DNA of 64,000 nt, from assembly GCA_040954595.2 (NCBI GenBank), contig CM082597.2, forward strand, positions 1 through 64,000, written 5' to 3'. A program made the position numbers and the translations under genes. Below the pieces are notes generated by a model. The model was not told the DNA's origin. It did no database searches and saw only the letters and a program-made list of their open reading frames with translations. The stretch is from Balanoglossus misakiensis. Taxonomy: Eukaryota > Animalia > Hemichordata. Shown here in pieces: positions 53,201 through 64,000 of the stretch. Each line of letters begins with the position of its first letter. The stretch's first letter is position 1.

Positions 53201-56200
53201 ATACCTGTGGAGTTTCTCAGAGTTCCCGGCGGACACATCACAGGGGCTGGAGTTCCTTCATTACAATAATAGCCTGGCGGACATGGTCCATTTTCTTGGT
53301 ATGTTATAGTGGCCACGGGAATGGATGTCTTGGCACCTCCTTGACAATAGAAGCCTGCTGTACATGGCCCTGTAGGGAAACTATTGCCCACACCAGAACA
53401 GAAAGTACCAGGACTACAGTCTGAACATTGGCTTTCTGAGCTAAGTAGTGTCACGTTGTTGAAAGTACCTTCTGGACATGGAATAGGACTAGCAATGCCT
53501 TCGATACAGTAGTGACCTGCAATAAAAAATTAAAAATCTCAACAACATCACTACAGCTTAAATTATTATTTTTTATTAACAAATGTCAAATATATAACAA
53601 TCCATCCAAATTATTCAAGCAAAAACTTGTCTGCTTCATTTTACAGTTGAAAGGGGCAATTTTCAGCATTACTTTTTGCTGATACTGAATCTTTAAAATA
53701 CTGTTTTCCGTTACTGATTTAAGTTTACTAATAACACATACTTACCAGACATACAGGGTTCAGGAGAAGTCATATTCATCACAGGACACATGTAACCACT
53801 TGGACAGACTGAACAATTTCCTTGTGCTTCACTCGGATTGTAAGTACCAACTGGACATCCCAGATGAAAGAGTGTTCCTGATGGACAGTAGTAACCAGCA
53901 GGACACACATAGCCCATTGATGGATCCATAGGTGTTGGTGTTGTACTTCCACCAGTACACACATACCCTGCATCACATGGTGGTGCATCGTCCACTTTAA
54001 CAAAGCCCTGTATGTTACAGTATCTACCAGGTCTACATTCTTCACAACCCTCTGGTCCTGTCACTTTGGTGTTGACTGAAAATGTACCAACTGGACATGG
54101 TTCAGGGTAAACCGTACCATTAGTGCAGTAATATCCACGCGGACAGATGTCATTTCCTGTAAAGGTTGAGTTGTTATTTGGATCCACACCATCATCAATT
54201 GGTGTTGGTGATGAGGCTCCTCCAGTACAGTAATATCCAGCATAGCATTCTTCTGTGGGTGCGGTTAATGCTGGCGTTTCACAGTAAAAGCCTGCAGTGC
54301 AGTCTGTACAGTTGTCAACATGCCATAGATAACTGTCATCACTGTAGGTACCAGCTGGGCATGGTTTGGCTTCACCAATGGAGGTGCTTGGAGGACAATA
54401 GTAGCCAGAAGGGCAGGGAACTGCAGCTGTGCCTGTAAATTGAAATTATATTGATTACAGAAGGCATGGAACCAATGAAAAGTCTGTATTGAACTCATAT
54501 ATAGCAACATACGTGTCTGTTCCTCTGCCAATTCACTTGTCAGTCTATCTATTTGTCTGTCTGTCTGTCAATCCATTTGACCATCCACTGATCGATCCAG
54601 CCATTTATCCATCCATCTATCAATCAACACATTCACTTCATATATACAAATAGGTTTATAGAATGGCCGTTCACTGTTATAGAATATCATATTAATCTTA
54701 GTTTGATACCAAAGACATACTTGACAATGGATTATATGACTTACCATTCTGTGGATTACAGAAAAAGCCGGCTGGACATTCACCACATTGACTCTGTCCA
54801 CTTTGTGGCTGGAATGTACCATTAGGACATTGCAATGGTTCCCATGATCCTTCAGGACAATAGAAACCTGCTGGGCAAATGTTAGCTGCAGGTGTGCTTG
54901 AAGTTTGACCACTTGGGCAGAAATATCCAGCATCACAATTACCATTTGGTGCAGTGTTACCAACACCTGGATGCAAACAGAATGAAAGTTATACTATAAA
55001 GAAAAGGTTGACACAGTGGGTTAAAAGAGTAATGGTAGCATAAGATAACAAAACGGGTTGTAATAATTTCTGACCAGCTGCATATATCAGTCTTTACTAG
55101 TCAAGAGAATCATTTGTCATGTGAAAGGAAAAACATATAAATCTTCCAACAGAAATGGCTCTCGTAGTAAGCACTGTTTTCTATTAAATTAATGTTTATG
55201 TATTTGAAGTTATCACTGGCCTTTTTAGCATTTTTCTTTCCTAGCATTATATACCCTAGGACAAGCCCTACTATTTATCATAAAATTAAACATTGTGACG
55301 TATGCACTGTATTTACAGATAATCTACTGCAGCAAAGGTCAATTCAAGACAGTGCATAGATTACATATGAATGCTATATAGGAGAGAAAAGAAAATTACC
55401 TTCACAGAATTTCCCAGCTTGACAGGTGAGACAATCTGATCCATTCCTATTGCCTTGCGTTGAACTGTAAGTACCAGCTGGACAGGCTATAGGAACGTCT
55501 GTACCCACAGAGCAATAATGACCCGCTGGACATATATACTGATCTGGCGTTGAACTTGTATGGTTACAGTAGTATCCAGCATAACAATAGTCAGTTGGAT
55601 ATGCTAATCCAGGACTAGCACAGTACATTCCAGGGATACATGGTTCAGGTGCATCTGACCCAGTAGGACAGTAGTAACCAGGAGGGCAGAGTCCTCCAAC
55701 ACTTAAAACAAAGTCTGGACAGACACAATCATAGAGCGGATGGCAGGTATCATTAGGGTAGACATAGCTGGGTGGTGTTGCTAGTGGTACTGTGAGACCT
55801 ACATCAAATGGTCGTTTCATAGCAGAACTTCCAGAACAGTAGAAACCTTCATCACAAAGTCCAGATGGGAACTCAAGTCCACTGTATTCACAGTACATCC
55901 CAGGTGGGCAGTACTGGCAATTGCTTTCATTGTGTTGTCCAGTAACATTGTTGTATGTTCCTTTTGGACACGGATATTGGTCAGAGAATTGGGTGCCAGC
56001 AGGACAGTAATGACCAACTGGACAGTCGAGTGGCGTAACAGTAGCGTTATCACAATATTTGCCAAATGGGCATATCTGACAGCTGGCCATACCATCCAGT
56101 GAAGCAAAGGTACCAGGTAAACATGCCTGTGGATGTGTTGAACCTTGTGGACACTCAAAGCCAGCAGGGCATAGTCCACCTTCTCCAGTAAAATCATCGT

Positions 56201-59200
56201 TTTCAGGTGCTGACACATTGACACCATGTACACAGTAGTAGCCAGGGTCACAGTCTCCACTGACAGTGTGCAGTCCTACCTGGTCACAGTAACTACCTCC
56301 AGAACACTCAGTACATTCTGCAGAATTAGCCAATCCTTCAGAGGGACCATAGCTTCCTTCAGGACAAGGTTGTAAATCATATGCTGTACCAGGTGGACAG
56401 TAGAAACCAGGTTCACATGGTATTGGATAGTCACCTCGAATACAGTAATAACCAGCTGGACATTCAAAGCATTCAATGGCATTGGTTGTGTTCATGTATG
56501 TGCCATTTGAACAAGGAGTTGGAATCTCTGTGCCAACTGGACAGTAATGACCAATGGGGCACACATCACCAGTTACGCCATCTGTCAAAGAGAAGGAATT
56601 TTGGAATGTCTATGTTAGCCCTTCATATTTGACTTGCATTTGGTTTAGTTGTAGAAATGGCGATTTTGGTCTTTAGGACAAAGAAAACATTAGCCTGTCT
56701 TTTAAATTTATATGAAGCTTGGAATAAAGATACAACAGATTCGCTAGCATTAAACTTATACCAGGTATCATAACAGACGGGTTAAACAATAACTTTTATA
56801 CATCTAAAGAAATATGTGCATATATTAAACTGTGTATTAATAAGACTTACCAGTAGGGGTTGGTTCATAAGCTCCTTCACTGCAAAAGAACCCGGCATCA
56901 CATTGTGCTGTTACATTAGATTGTCCTGATAGGAGACAGTAGTAACCACCATCACATGGAATACAGTCATTGACATCATCTTGTTGTTGCAATGGTTGAT
57001 AATACCCTCTGTCACATTCAACTGGACTTGGCGTTCCAACTGGACAATAATGGCCACTTGGACACAAATAGCCATATGATTCATTCACTGGATTTGATGT
57101 TATTGCACCAAGTTGACAATAGTGGCCACCTATACATTGACTGTACGGCTTTGTCAGACCACTAGTTGGACAATAATAGCCTGGATCACATAATGGACAG
57201 TCTGTTTCAGCTGACAAACCAGTTGTATTACCATATCTGCCAGGTGGACAATCTACCCCTGCAACTGAACCCACTTCACAGTAGCGACCAAGTGGACAAA
57301 CATTTCCAGTTAATCCATCTGTTGGTGTTGGAATTTCAGCACGTCTTGTACAGTAATAACCAGCATGACACTGATCTTTTGGACTTGTCATACCTTCTTC
57401 ATCACAATAATAACCAGAAGTGCAATTTGTACACTCATTTCGACTTGCAAGGTTGGTTTGATTTGAAAAAGTTCCAATGTCACACTTGTATTGCTCTGCA
57501 TATTCTGTTCCTTGTGGACAATAATGTCCAGGTATGCAATCCATGGGTACAATTATTCCAGTTACATTGCCAAGTTCATAGGGATCACAGTAGTATCCAG
57601 CAGGGCATGGACCACATGTAGCTTGCCCAAGCAGCGGTTGATATTGCCCTCGTGGGCATATTAATGGTTGAGTACTTCCAACTGGACAATAAAATCCTTT
57701 TGGACATGTAAACTGTGTTGGTGTCTTAGTGCTCTGGCCACCTGGACAGTAATATCCAGCATCACATAGTCCCGTAGGTTCAGATAGGTGTTCTCCAGCA
57801 CAATACTGGCCAGGTGTACATGCCAAACAATTTGCCAATTCTGTGTTACGTGTAGTATTAGAAAATGTTCCATTTGGACAAGGTGTTGGTACATCAGTTC
57901 CTAGTTCACAGTAATAGCCAACTGGACATTCAGTGCTTGGGGGGTCGGGTCTACTGTTTCCTCCAGGACAATAGTATCCTGCATAGCAGAGACCTTTAGG
58001 TTCAGACAATTCATAGTCATCACAATACCAACCACCAGTGCAATCAATAGGATATGATGAAGCTTGAGGACAATAATAGCTGGGTGGACATCTGTTACCA
58101 GTGTAGTCGATGTTAGGACATGTACACATAGATAAATCAGTGGCATTACCAAGGGGAAGTGGTTTTGAAGTCCATGAACCTCCAGTACAGAACCATCCTT
58201 CACTGCAGTTTCCAGTGGGTTTCTCTAATCCATATCCCTCACAGTATTCACCAGGTGGACATAATTCACATGACGTGCTGTTCTGTTGATTTTCTAAGCT
58301 GTTGTAGGTTCCTTCAGGACATGGATACTCTTCACCATACTTAGTACCAGCTGGACAGTAATGTCCAACAGGACAGAGATAAATGTATGGATCACTTGTA
58401 TTTCCACTACAGAAGTATCCTGCTGGACACAAACTGCATGCACTTTGTTGCTCTAGCAATGCATAAGAGCCAGCAGAACATGGTATTGGTGTAGCTGTGT
58501 TACCAGGACAGTATGTTCCAGGAGGACAAACACCACCTTGTCCTTTGTGTGGACCATTATCTGTTGGTGTTGCAGTATCAACACCCAATTCACAATAATG
58601 ACCAGCTGCACATGAGCCATCTGTAGTTGGTGAACCTGGGGTATTGCAATATTTACCCCCTGTGCAGGGTGTACAGTCGGATTCTTGTGCAAGTCCAGTT
58701 GTGGCTCCATAAGTACCTGTTGGGCATGGCTGGTAATCATATCCAGTTCCTTCCGGGCAAAAGTATCCTTGGGGACATGGGTCAGCTCTGTCACCATGAA
58801 TACAGTAGTATCCTTCTGGACATATATCACACACTGATGCACCAGTATGATTCATGAATGTGCCATTCCCACATCGTATAGGCCAGGGAGATCCCTCCTG
58901 GCAGTAATGTCCTTCCCAACATATGTTACCGGTTACACCGTCCAATGGAGTACTTGTATTTGAACCTCTAATACAATAGAATCCTTCCAAACACATTCCT
59001 GTCACGTTGGTTTGACCTGGTGATTCACAATAATATCCAGCAGAACAAGGAGTACAGTCATTAACATCTCCCATACCGTCAACTTCAAGAAAGGCACCTG
59101 ATGGGCATGGAATAGGATAATTTGTCCCATTAGGGCAATAATGTCCTGCAAAGCAAAGTCCTCCATAAGGTTGGCTCACTGGGGCTGCTTCCTCTGAACC

Positions 59201-62200
59201 ACTTATACAGTAGTGGCCTGCCCAACATAATCCGGATTCTTTGGTGAGGCTAGTTTGACTGCAATGATAACCTGGTGTACAATCAAAACATTCAGAAGAG
59301 CTCTGCAGACCAAGTTGATCACTAAATGTACCAACAGGACATCCAACTCCAGTTATACTTCCATATTCACAGTATTTTCCAGCAGGACATATATTTCCAG
59401 TAGTTCCATCAGTAGGAGTTGAATTATATGCACCTCTGAGACAGTAGAAGCCTGGTGAGCATTCTCCATTTGGCTGTGTGTTTCCCTGTCCTAGACAATA
59501 CATTCCTGGTTCACAAGGTGTACACTGAGAAGCTGAATGGAGTCCACTAACATTACTGTAAGTTCCCTCAGGACAAAGATATTCTCTATTGTGCATTGTT
59601 CCTTCTTCACAATAGGACCCTTCAGGACAAACAGTAGGTACTGACACTCCTCTATAGCTTCTGTAGCGCCCACTGAAGTTCCCACTCAATGTCATATTTT
59701 CTGCATCTAGTACTTCATTATCTCCAAAGGCAGTACAATAAAACCCTTGTGGACATACTTCACAATTTGATCGTTTCCAGTGAGGTTGGTAGTAACCACT
59801 TGGGCAACCAGTTTGATTCCAGCTACCTTCAAAGCAGAAATGCCCAGGACTGCAAGCAAGGTCAACTGGCTGAGAAGTATCTTGACCACCAGGACAGTAA
59901 TAGCCAGCGCTGCATGCACCATTCGGTGATGAGAGACCATACTCCTCACAGTAGTAACCTGCTGTGCAACTTTCACAGTCAGTTATGTTGACGTTACCAT
60001 ATTGTCCTGAAAATGTGCCAGGTGGACATGGTTCTTCCACTTCTGTTCCTTCTGGACAGTAATAACCGGGACTACATTCTATTGGATCTTGCACAACAGA
60101 GCTACCATTACAGAAATATCCTGCACGACAAGGTCCACTTGGTGTATCTAAACCAGCAACCTCACAATATTGTCCAGCAGGACATTGCATAGGAAGACCT
60201 GACCCTACAGGGCAATAGGTACCAGGATTACAGATCCCACCAGTTTCATTCAATGAGTAAATAGGACAATCTGATACAGTGTTCACATCTGATGAATTAA
60301 CATATGGATGAGGTTTACTGGTATACGCACCACGTGTACAATACCATCCTGGTGCACAGTCACCTGTAGGTACATCTAAACCATCACCTTCACAGTATTT
60401 GCCAAATGGACATGGCAGACAATCATAGGCATCGTTTCCAAGACTTCTATTGTTGTAGGTACCGGCAGGACATGGATACTGCGATGGGTATTCTGTAGAC
60501 TGGGGACAATAGAATCCTCTCCAACATGGCGTATTTAGATAGGTTGTGAAATTTGCTAGGCAATAGTATCCAGCTGGACAGGCCTCACACTGGGCTTGAA
60601 TAATACGGTCATTGTAGGAGCCTGGTTGACAACCAATAGGATATGATGAGCCTACTGGACAGTAGGTTCCTTCTGGACAAGGTCCTCCATAACCTGTATT
60701 GTTATTATAAGGTGATGGTGTGTCAACACCCAGTTCACAGTAATATCCATCAGCACAAGGGCCTGTTGTATTTATAGCACCAGTTTCACTACAGTAGAAT
60801 CCAGGATCACACTGAGTACATTCACCTGCATCTTGTAACATCTCCACTGGACCATAGGTTCCTGTTGGACAGGATCCCCAATCATAGCCTGTTCCTTGTG
60901 GGCAATAGTGACCTTTTGGACATGGGTCAGCTCTGTCTTTATTAACACAGTAGTACCTTGGTGGACATACATCACACACACTTGCAGTAGTATGGTTCAT
61001 ATAGTAACCATCATCACAGGGCAATGGTGTGCTACTTCCTTCAACACAATAGGAACCTGCTGGACATTTGTCACCTGTAATACCATCCAGTGGTGAACTT
61101 GTATTGGCCCTGCTTACACAGTAAAACCCAGGTGCACATGGACCAGTAACATTGGTTTGTCCCTGGCGATCACAATAGAAACCATCGGTACAATCCAAGC
61201 AATCAGACAGTTCATCTTGATTGTCATCTGGCAAATAAGTTCCTACTGGACATTCAATTGGATAAGAAGTACCTTCTGGGCAATAATGTCCAGCAGGACA
61301 AACATCTCCATAGAATTCACTGGTTGGATTTGGATTAATTGCTCCTAAACTGCAATAATATCTTGGTAAGCAAAGCCCGCTTGGTGCTGTTAGGCCTTCT
61401 GTCTGACAGTAAGATCCAGGTGAACACTGGCTACACTCAGTCACATTTTCAAGTCCAGTTTCATTACTGTAAGTACCAACAGGGCATTTGATACCTTGAT
61501 CAGATCCTTTAGGGCAGTAGTAACCAGGCAGACATTCATATCCCGTAATACCATCAACAGGTCTTGATGTATTTGCACCTGACACACATACATAGCCTGC
61601 ATCACACAGATCGGCATATTCAGTGAGTCCTTGGCCATCACAGTAAGTGCCACCAGGGCATGGCTGACACTGATCATGTCTTTCTAGATTGGTTATATTA
61701 CTATAGTATCCTTCAAGGCATGGCTGTTGGTGTTTCCCTTTAGTTCCCACTGGGCAATAATAACCAGCTATGCAATCCGCTGGTGTTACTACACCATGAC
61801 TGGATACATTATAGAAAATTGCTGATTCTACAGAATCACAGTAATAGCCAGCTGGACATGACTTACAAGTTGGCTGACCTTCTTCATCTTGGTACTCTCC
61901 AGATGGACATGGCTCAGGGCTTGGGCTATTAACTGGACAACGGTGACCAATTGTACAGTTATACTGTGGTGGTGTTGGTGAACTTTGACCTGCTGGACAA
62001 TAGTAGCCTTCTGAACAATCGCCTGTTGGTTCAGTGTTACCATTACCCTGACAGTACTTTCCAGCTATGCAGTCTAAACAGTCACTAACATGAATGTTTC
62101 CTGTAGTATTTGAGTATGTTCCAGCAGGACATGGTGATGGTGTAGCTGATCCCATCTCACAGTAAGACCCTGGAGGACATAATCCATGTGAGGGATCTGG

Positions 62201-64000
62201 TAAAGATTCCCCTCCATCACAGAAATAACCAGCATCGCACAGTCCATTTGGTTCATATCTTCCCCACTCTCTACAGTACATACCCTCATCACATTGTACA
62301 GGATATGACACACCACTTGGACAGTAGGTTCCTGGCCAACACTGACCACCAGTATAGTTGACAAGTGGACAAGTGCATTCTGATATATCAGTTGCATTAC
62401 TGAAAGGTAATGGCTTGTCAGTGTAAGATCCTCCTGTACAATACCATCCATCACTACAGTTCCCAGTTGGTTCATTAAGACCATCACTTTCACAAAACTT
62501 CCCAGCAGGACACTCTAAACAGTCATCAAGACTATTACTGCCATTCACTGGATTGTATGTTCCCTTTGGGCAAGGATACTCTCGATCGTATGTTGTTCCT
62601 GGCGGACAATAGTATCCAGTTGGGCAGATTGTTTGTGTATATGTTGTTGAATTCTCCATACAGTAGTATCCTTGTGGACATGATTGACACACAGCTTGGC
62701 CAGGAAGGTCGTTGTATGACCCACTTGGACATCCTATGGGGTCTGGTGATCCTTCTGGACAATAATGACCCTCTGGACAGATAGCACCGTCTCCTGTATG
62801 GCCCCCATTTGGTTCTGCCATGTTAACACCATACCTGCAATAGTAGCCTGGTGAACATTTAGATGTTGTATTGGAGCTACCAGGTTCTTTGCAATACATG
62901 CCACCATCACATTGAAGGCATTGGTTTTCTTCATAGATGCCAAACACAGGGTTGTATGTACCAGATGGACATAATCTAAGATCTGCACCTGTCTTATCTG
63001 GACAGAAGTAACCAGGGGGACACAAATCTGCCCTGTCTCTATTGACACAGTAGTATCCAGCTGGACAGTCATAGCATGCCGATGCCATTGAATGGTTCAT
63101 GTAAGTACCATTAGGACAGTAGGTGTGACCTACTGATCCTTCCACACAATAAGATCCCGGAGGACATATATCTCCAGTAATACCATCTCTAGGAGCTGGT
63201 GAGCTTGCTCCACCAACACAGTAGAAACCTTCATGACATAATCCTGATTCATCAGACAGGCCAGTTCCATTACAGAATTGCCCGGGCGTACATGGGAGAC
63301 AATCTGACTCATTAGATCTTGCACTATAGGGTTGGTAAGTACCTGCATCACAAGGATTTGGCTGTGCACTTCCCTCTGGGCAGTAGAAACCTGACGGGCA
63401 GATATCACCATATGTTTCATTGACAGGGTTAGGATTAATTGCTCTGACTTCACAGTAATACCCTTCTAAGCAGCTTCCATTTGGTGCTGTCAAACCTGGT
63501 TGTAGACAATACATTCCTGGGTAACAGTCAGTACAGTCTCCTTCACTTGGAAGTTTATCTCTATCACCAAATGTTCCTTTTGGACACAGACTGTACCACG
63601 AGGACCCTGACTCACAGTATGTTCCTTGTGGGCATGGACCCCCTGAGACATCAGCTGGGTCTGGTGCCGGTGTTATTGCATATAAAACACAATAGTATCC
63701 AGCAGCACAAAGTCCAGTCGGCTCAGTTATGTTTTCAGCTTCGCAATAGAAACCCTCTGGACATGGTCTACATTCCTCTTCACTTTCAAGGTTTGTTGTG
63801 TTACTATAAGTACTGACTGGACAAGGAAACTGGCGTCTCGTTTCTGTACCATTTGGACAATAAAATCCAGCAGGGCAATCTTTTGGTGTGACAACTCCAT
63901 GTGAAGGTGCTGAGATACCACTTTGTTGTTCATCTATTGCTTCATTCATGTCACAGTAACTCCCAGCTGGACATATAATGCAGCTACCTTGACCTGCCAG
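35119..64000 (-). CDS. Giant single-pass membrane protein (5' end outside window): CPxGxYC Cys-rich (GCC2/GCC3, Ephrin_rec_like-type) ectodomain, TM helix, long coiled-coil tail; 30 exons, 5,699 aa in window
   Basis: All 29 introns are GT-AG with consistent phases; exon lengths sum to 17,100 nt; stop TAA at 35121-35119. The architecture recalls uncharacterised fish/invertebrate/protist proteins such as zebrafish si:ch211-286b4.4 (from memory, unverified). Confidence 0.9.
36241..36414 (-). CDS. Exon 29, coiled coil
   Basis: atttcag|GCA ... CAG|gtggga; 174 nt. Confidence 0.84.
36590..36788 (-). mobile_element. Degenerate tRNA-derived SINE in intron
   Basis: The minus strand has A-box-like TAGTCCAGTGG and B-box-like GGTCCAAGTACC. 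These are followed by TCCTTATGCAAAGCACTTT and AATGGTACCTG, resembling conserved SINE central motifs. Confidence 0.6.
36836..37115 (-). CDS. Exon 28
   Basis: tgcatag|A ATA ... CAG|gtatgt; 280 nt. Confidence 0.86.
37358..37664 (-). CDS. Exon 27
   Basis: tatttag|GG GAT ... GAG AG|gtaggc; 307 nt. Confidence 0.87.
38033..38365 (-). CDS. Exon 26, globular C-terminal region
   Basis: attgtag|GT GAC ... TCA G|gtaggc; 333 nt. Confidence 0.88.
38479..39378 (+). mobile_element. Non-autonomous element: 159-bp hairpin plus 13-bp-TIR-bounded body, with a nested palindrome
   Basis: Hairpin 38479-38637; TIRs TTATCACATGAAC (38640-52) and GTTCATGTGATAA (39366-78); CpG-rich relative to the host intron. Confidence 0.75.
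38766..38859. repeat. 94-bp near-perfect palindrome
   Basis: TGTTGGGAGATTTTATGAATGATCAGCGATAGTTCA...TGAACTATCGCTGATCATTCATAAAATCTCCCAACA, with two mismatches. Confidence 0.9.
39939..40182 (-). CDS. Exon 25
   Basis: catacag|ATT ... AAA G|gtactg; 244 nt. Confidence 0.8.
40436..40567 (-). CDS. Exon 24, coiled coil
   Basis: atttcag|GAA CGA ... GAG|gtttgt; 132 nt; absent from the ORF track. Confidence 0.82.
40886..41023 (-). CDS. Exon 23, coiled coil
   Basis: cttcaag|GAA ... CAG|gtttgt; 138 nt. Confidence 0.85.
41051..41704 (-). mobile_element. Non-autonomous element: 14-bp-TIR-bounded body plus ~150-bp hairpin (mirror architecture of 38479-39378)
   Basis: Perfect TIRs ATTATTATACACCT (41051-64) and AGGTGTATAATAAT (41544-57); hairpin ~41555-41704. 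Confidence 0.75.
42051..42214 (-). CDS. Exon 22, coiled coil
   Basis: tttacag|AG TTT ... AAG|gtaaga; 164 nt. Confidence 0.87.
42527..42680 (-). CDS. Exon 21, coiled coil
   Basis: ctttcag|GAA ... GAA G|gtaaat; 154 nt. Confidence 0.87.
42993..43346 (-). CDS. Exon 20, coiled coil
   Basis: ttcatag|GTA ... GAG|gtaatc; 354 nt. Confidence 0.88.
43695..43979 (-). CDS. Exon 19, coiled coil
   Basis: tatccag|TTG ... GCA|gtaagt; 285 nt. Confidence 0.87.
44112..44331. repeat. 29-bp intronic minisatellite, ~7.5 copies
   Basis: Unit CCAGACAGACAATGTACAAACACAGATAT, abutting the exon 18 donor. Confidence 0.92.
44336..44560 (-). CDS. Exon 18, coiled coil
   Basis: tcattag|TCT ... CGG|gtaggt; 225 nt. Confidence 0.87.
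44906..45001. repeat. ~32-bp intronic tandem repeat, 3 copies
   Basis: TTTCAACAACCCAACCACCATCAGCTCT occurs three times. Confidence 0.85.
45035..45340 (-). CDS. Exon 17, coiled coil
   Basis: ctttcag|TTG ... CAG|gttagt; 306 nt. Confidence 0.87.
45732..45905 (-). CDS. Exon 16, coiled coil
   Basis: ttaacag|CTT ... AAG|gtaaac; 174 nt, open E/K-rich frame; absent from the ORF track. Confidence 0.83.
46222..46425 (-). CDS. Exon 15, coiled coil
   Basis: aaatcag|GAA ... AAG|gtacat; 204 nt. Confidence 0.85.
46938..47132 (-). CDS. Exon 14
   Basis: tttgaag|GCT ... ATG|gtaagt; 195 nt. Confidence 0.82.
47505..47741 (-). CDS. Exon 13, coiled coil
   Basis: cttgtag|GAA ... CAG|gtgaga; 237 nt. Confidence 0.88.
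47877..48142 (-). CDS. Exon 12
   Basis: gtcacag|GT GGT ... CAT|gtaaga; 266 nt. Confidence 0.87.
48369..48751 (-). CDS. Exon 11, cytoplasmic
   Basis: ataacag|G CAG ... ACA G|gtaggt; 383 nt. Confidence 0.88.
49058..49226 (-). CDS. Exon 10, transmembrane helix
   Basis: Encodes (WGLII)GMLAFLAACLVMVVVAVIVW followed by R/K residues; 169 nt; donor AG|gtaagc. Confidence 0.9.
49466..49990 (-). CDS. Exon 9, RRRLL site and juxtamembrane globular domain
   Basis: ttttcag|GT CCA ... ATC G|gttagt; 525 nt. Confidence 0.9.
50107..50236 (-). CDS. Exon 8
   Basis: ttttcag|GTT GTT CCT ... CAA A|gtaagt; 130 nt, phase 0-1; absent from the ORF track. Confidence 0.82.
50453..50600 (-). CDS. Exon 7, end of Cys-rich region
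   Basis: ttaacag|A TGT CAA ... GAG|gtaatt; 148 nt. Confidence 0.87.
51017..52898 (-). CDS. Exon 6, Cys-rich repeats
   Basis: ttattag|GA GCA ... GGC AG|gtgaga; 1882 nt, phase 1-2. Confidence 0.92.
53205..53516 (-). CDS. Exon 5, Cys-rich repeats
   Basis: attgcag|GT CAC ... ACA G|gtataa; 312 nt. Confidence 0.9.
53746..54432 (-). CDS. Exon 4, Cys-rich repeats
   Basis: tttacag|GC ACA ... TCT G|gtaagt; 687 nt. Confidence 0.9.
54745..54966 (-). CDS. Exon 3, Cys-rich repeats
   Basis: catccag|GT GTT ... AAT G|gtaagt; 222 nt. Confidence 0.9.
55400..56581 (-). CDS. Exon 2, Cys-rich repeats
   Basis: ttgacag|AT GGC ... GAA G|gtaatt; 1182 nt, phase 1-1. Confidence 0.92.
56851..64000 (-). CDS. Exon 1 (in window): >=7,150-nt Cys-rich repeat exon
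   Basis: The 2370-aa ORF stays open to the window edge (LAGQGSCIICPAGSYCD precedes the M). Donor ACT G|gtaagt at 56850. Confidence 0.95.

Noticed and set aside
50988-63933. Alternative-frame and antisense ORFs overlapping the Cys-rich exons
   Set aside because: They are shadows of the main frame's codon bias, short and without independent features.

Overview
This window is the left end of a metazoan chromosome; TTAGGG telomeres, AT-rich GT-AG introns and SINE/LINE/MITE remnants suggest a marine invertebrate (inference). From the end inward it contains: (CCCTAA)n telomere (1-~1740); a near-perfect 70-bp telomere-derived satellite (~86 copies, to ~7746); a CpG-rich 52-bp satellite (~260 copies, to ~21480) flanked by, and related to, 46-bp monomers; and an AT-rich ~280-bp satellite with a ~956-bp higher-order repeat (22.5-29.1 kb) whose monomer reads on the minus strand like exon plus intron. 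Microsatellites, a local duplication and TE remnants follow (29-34 kb). The rest (35119 to >64000, minus strand) is the 3' part of one giant gene. I traced 30 phase-consistent GT-AG exons encoding 5,699 aa: a >4,000-aa CPxGxYC Cys-rich ectodomain built from ~700-aa super-repeats, an RRRLL site, one TM helix and a ~1,600-aa mostly coiled-coil tail. Two intronic elements of unrelated sequence share a hairpin (GA.GA mismatches, GCA triloop) plus TIR architecture. All calls were made by eye; no searches were run.
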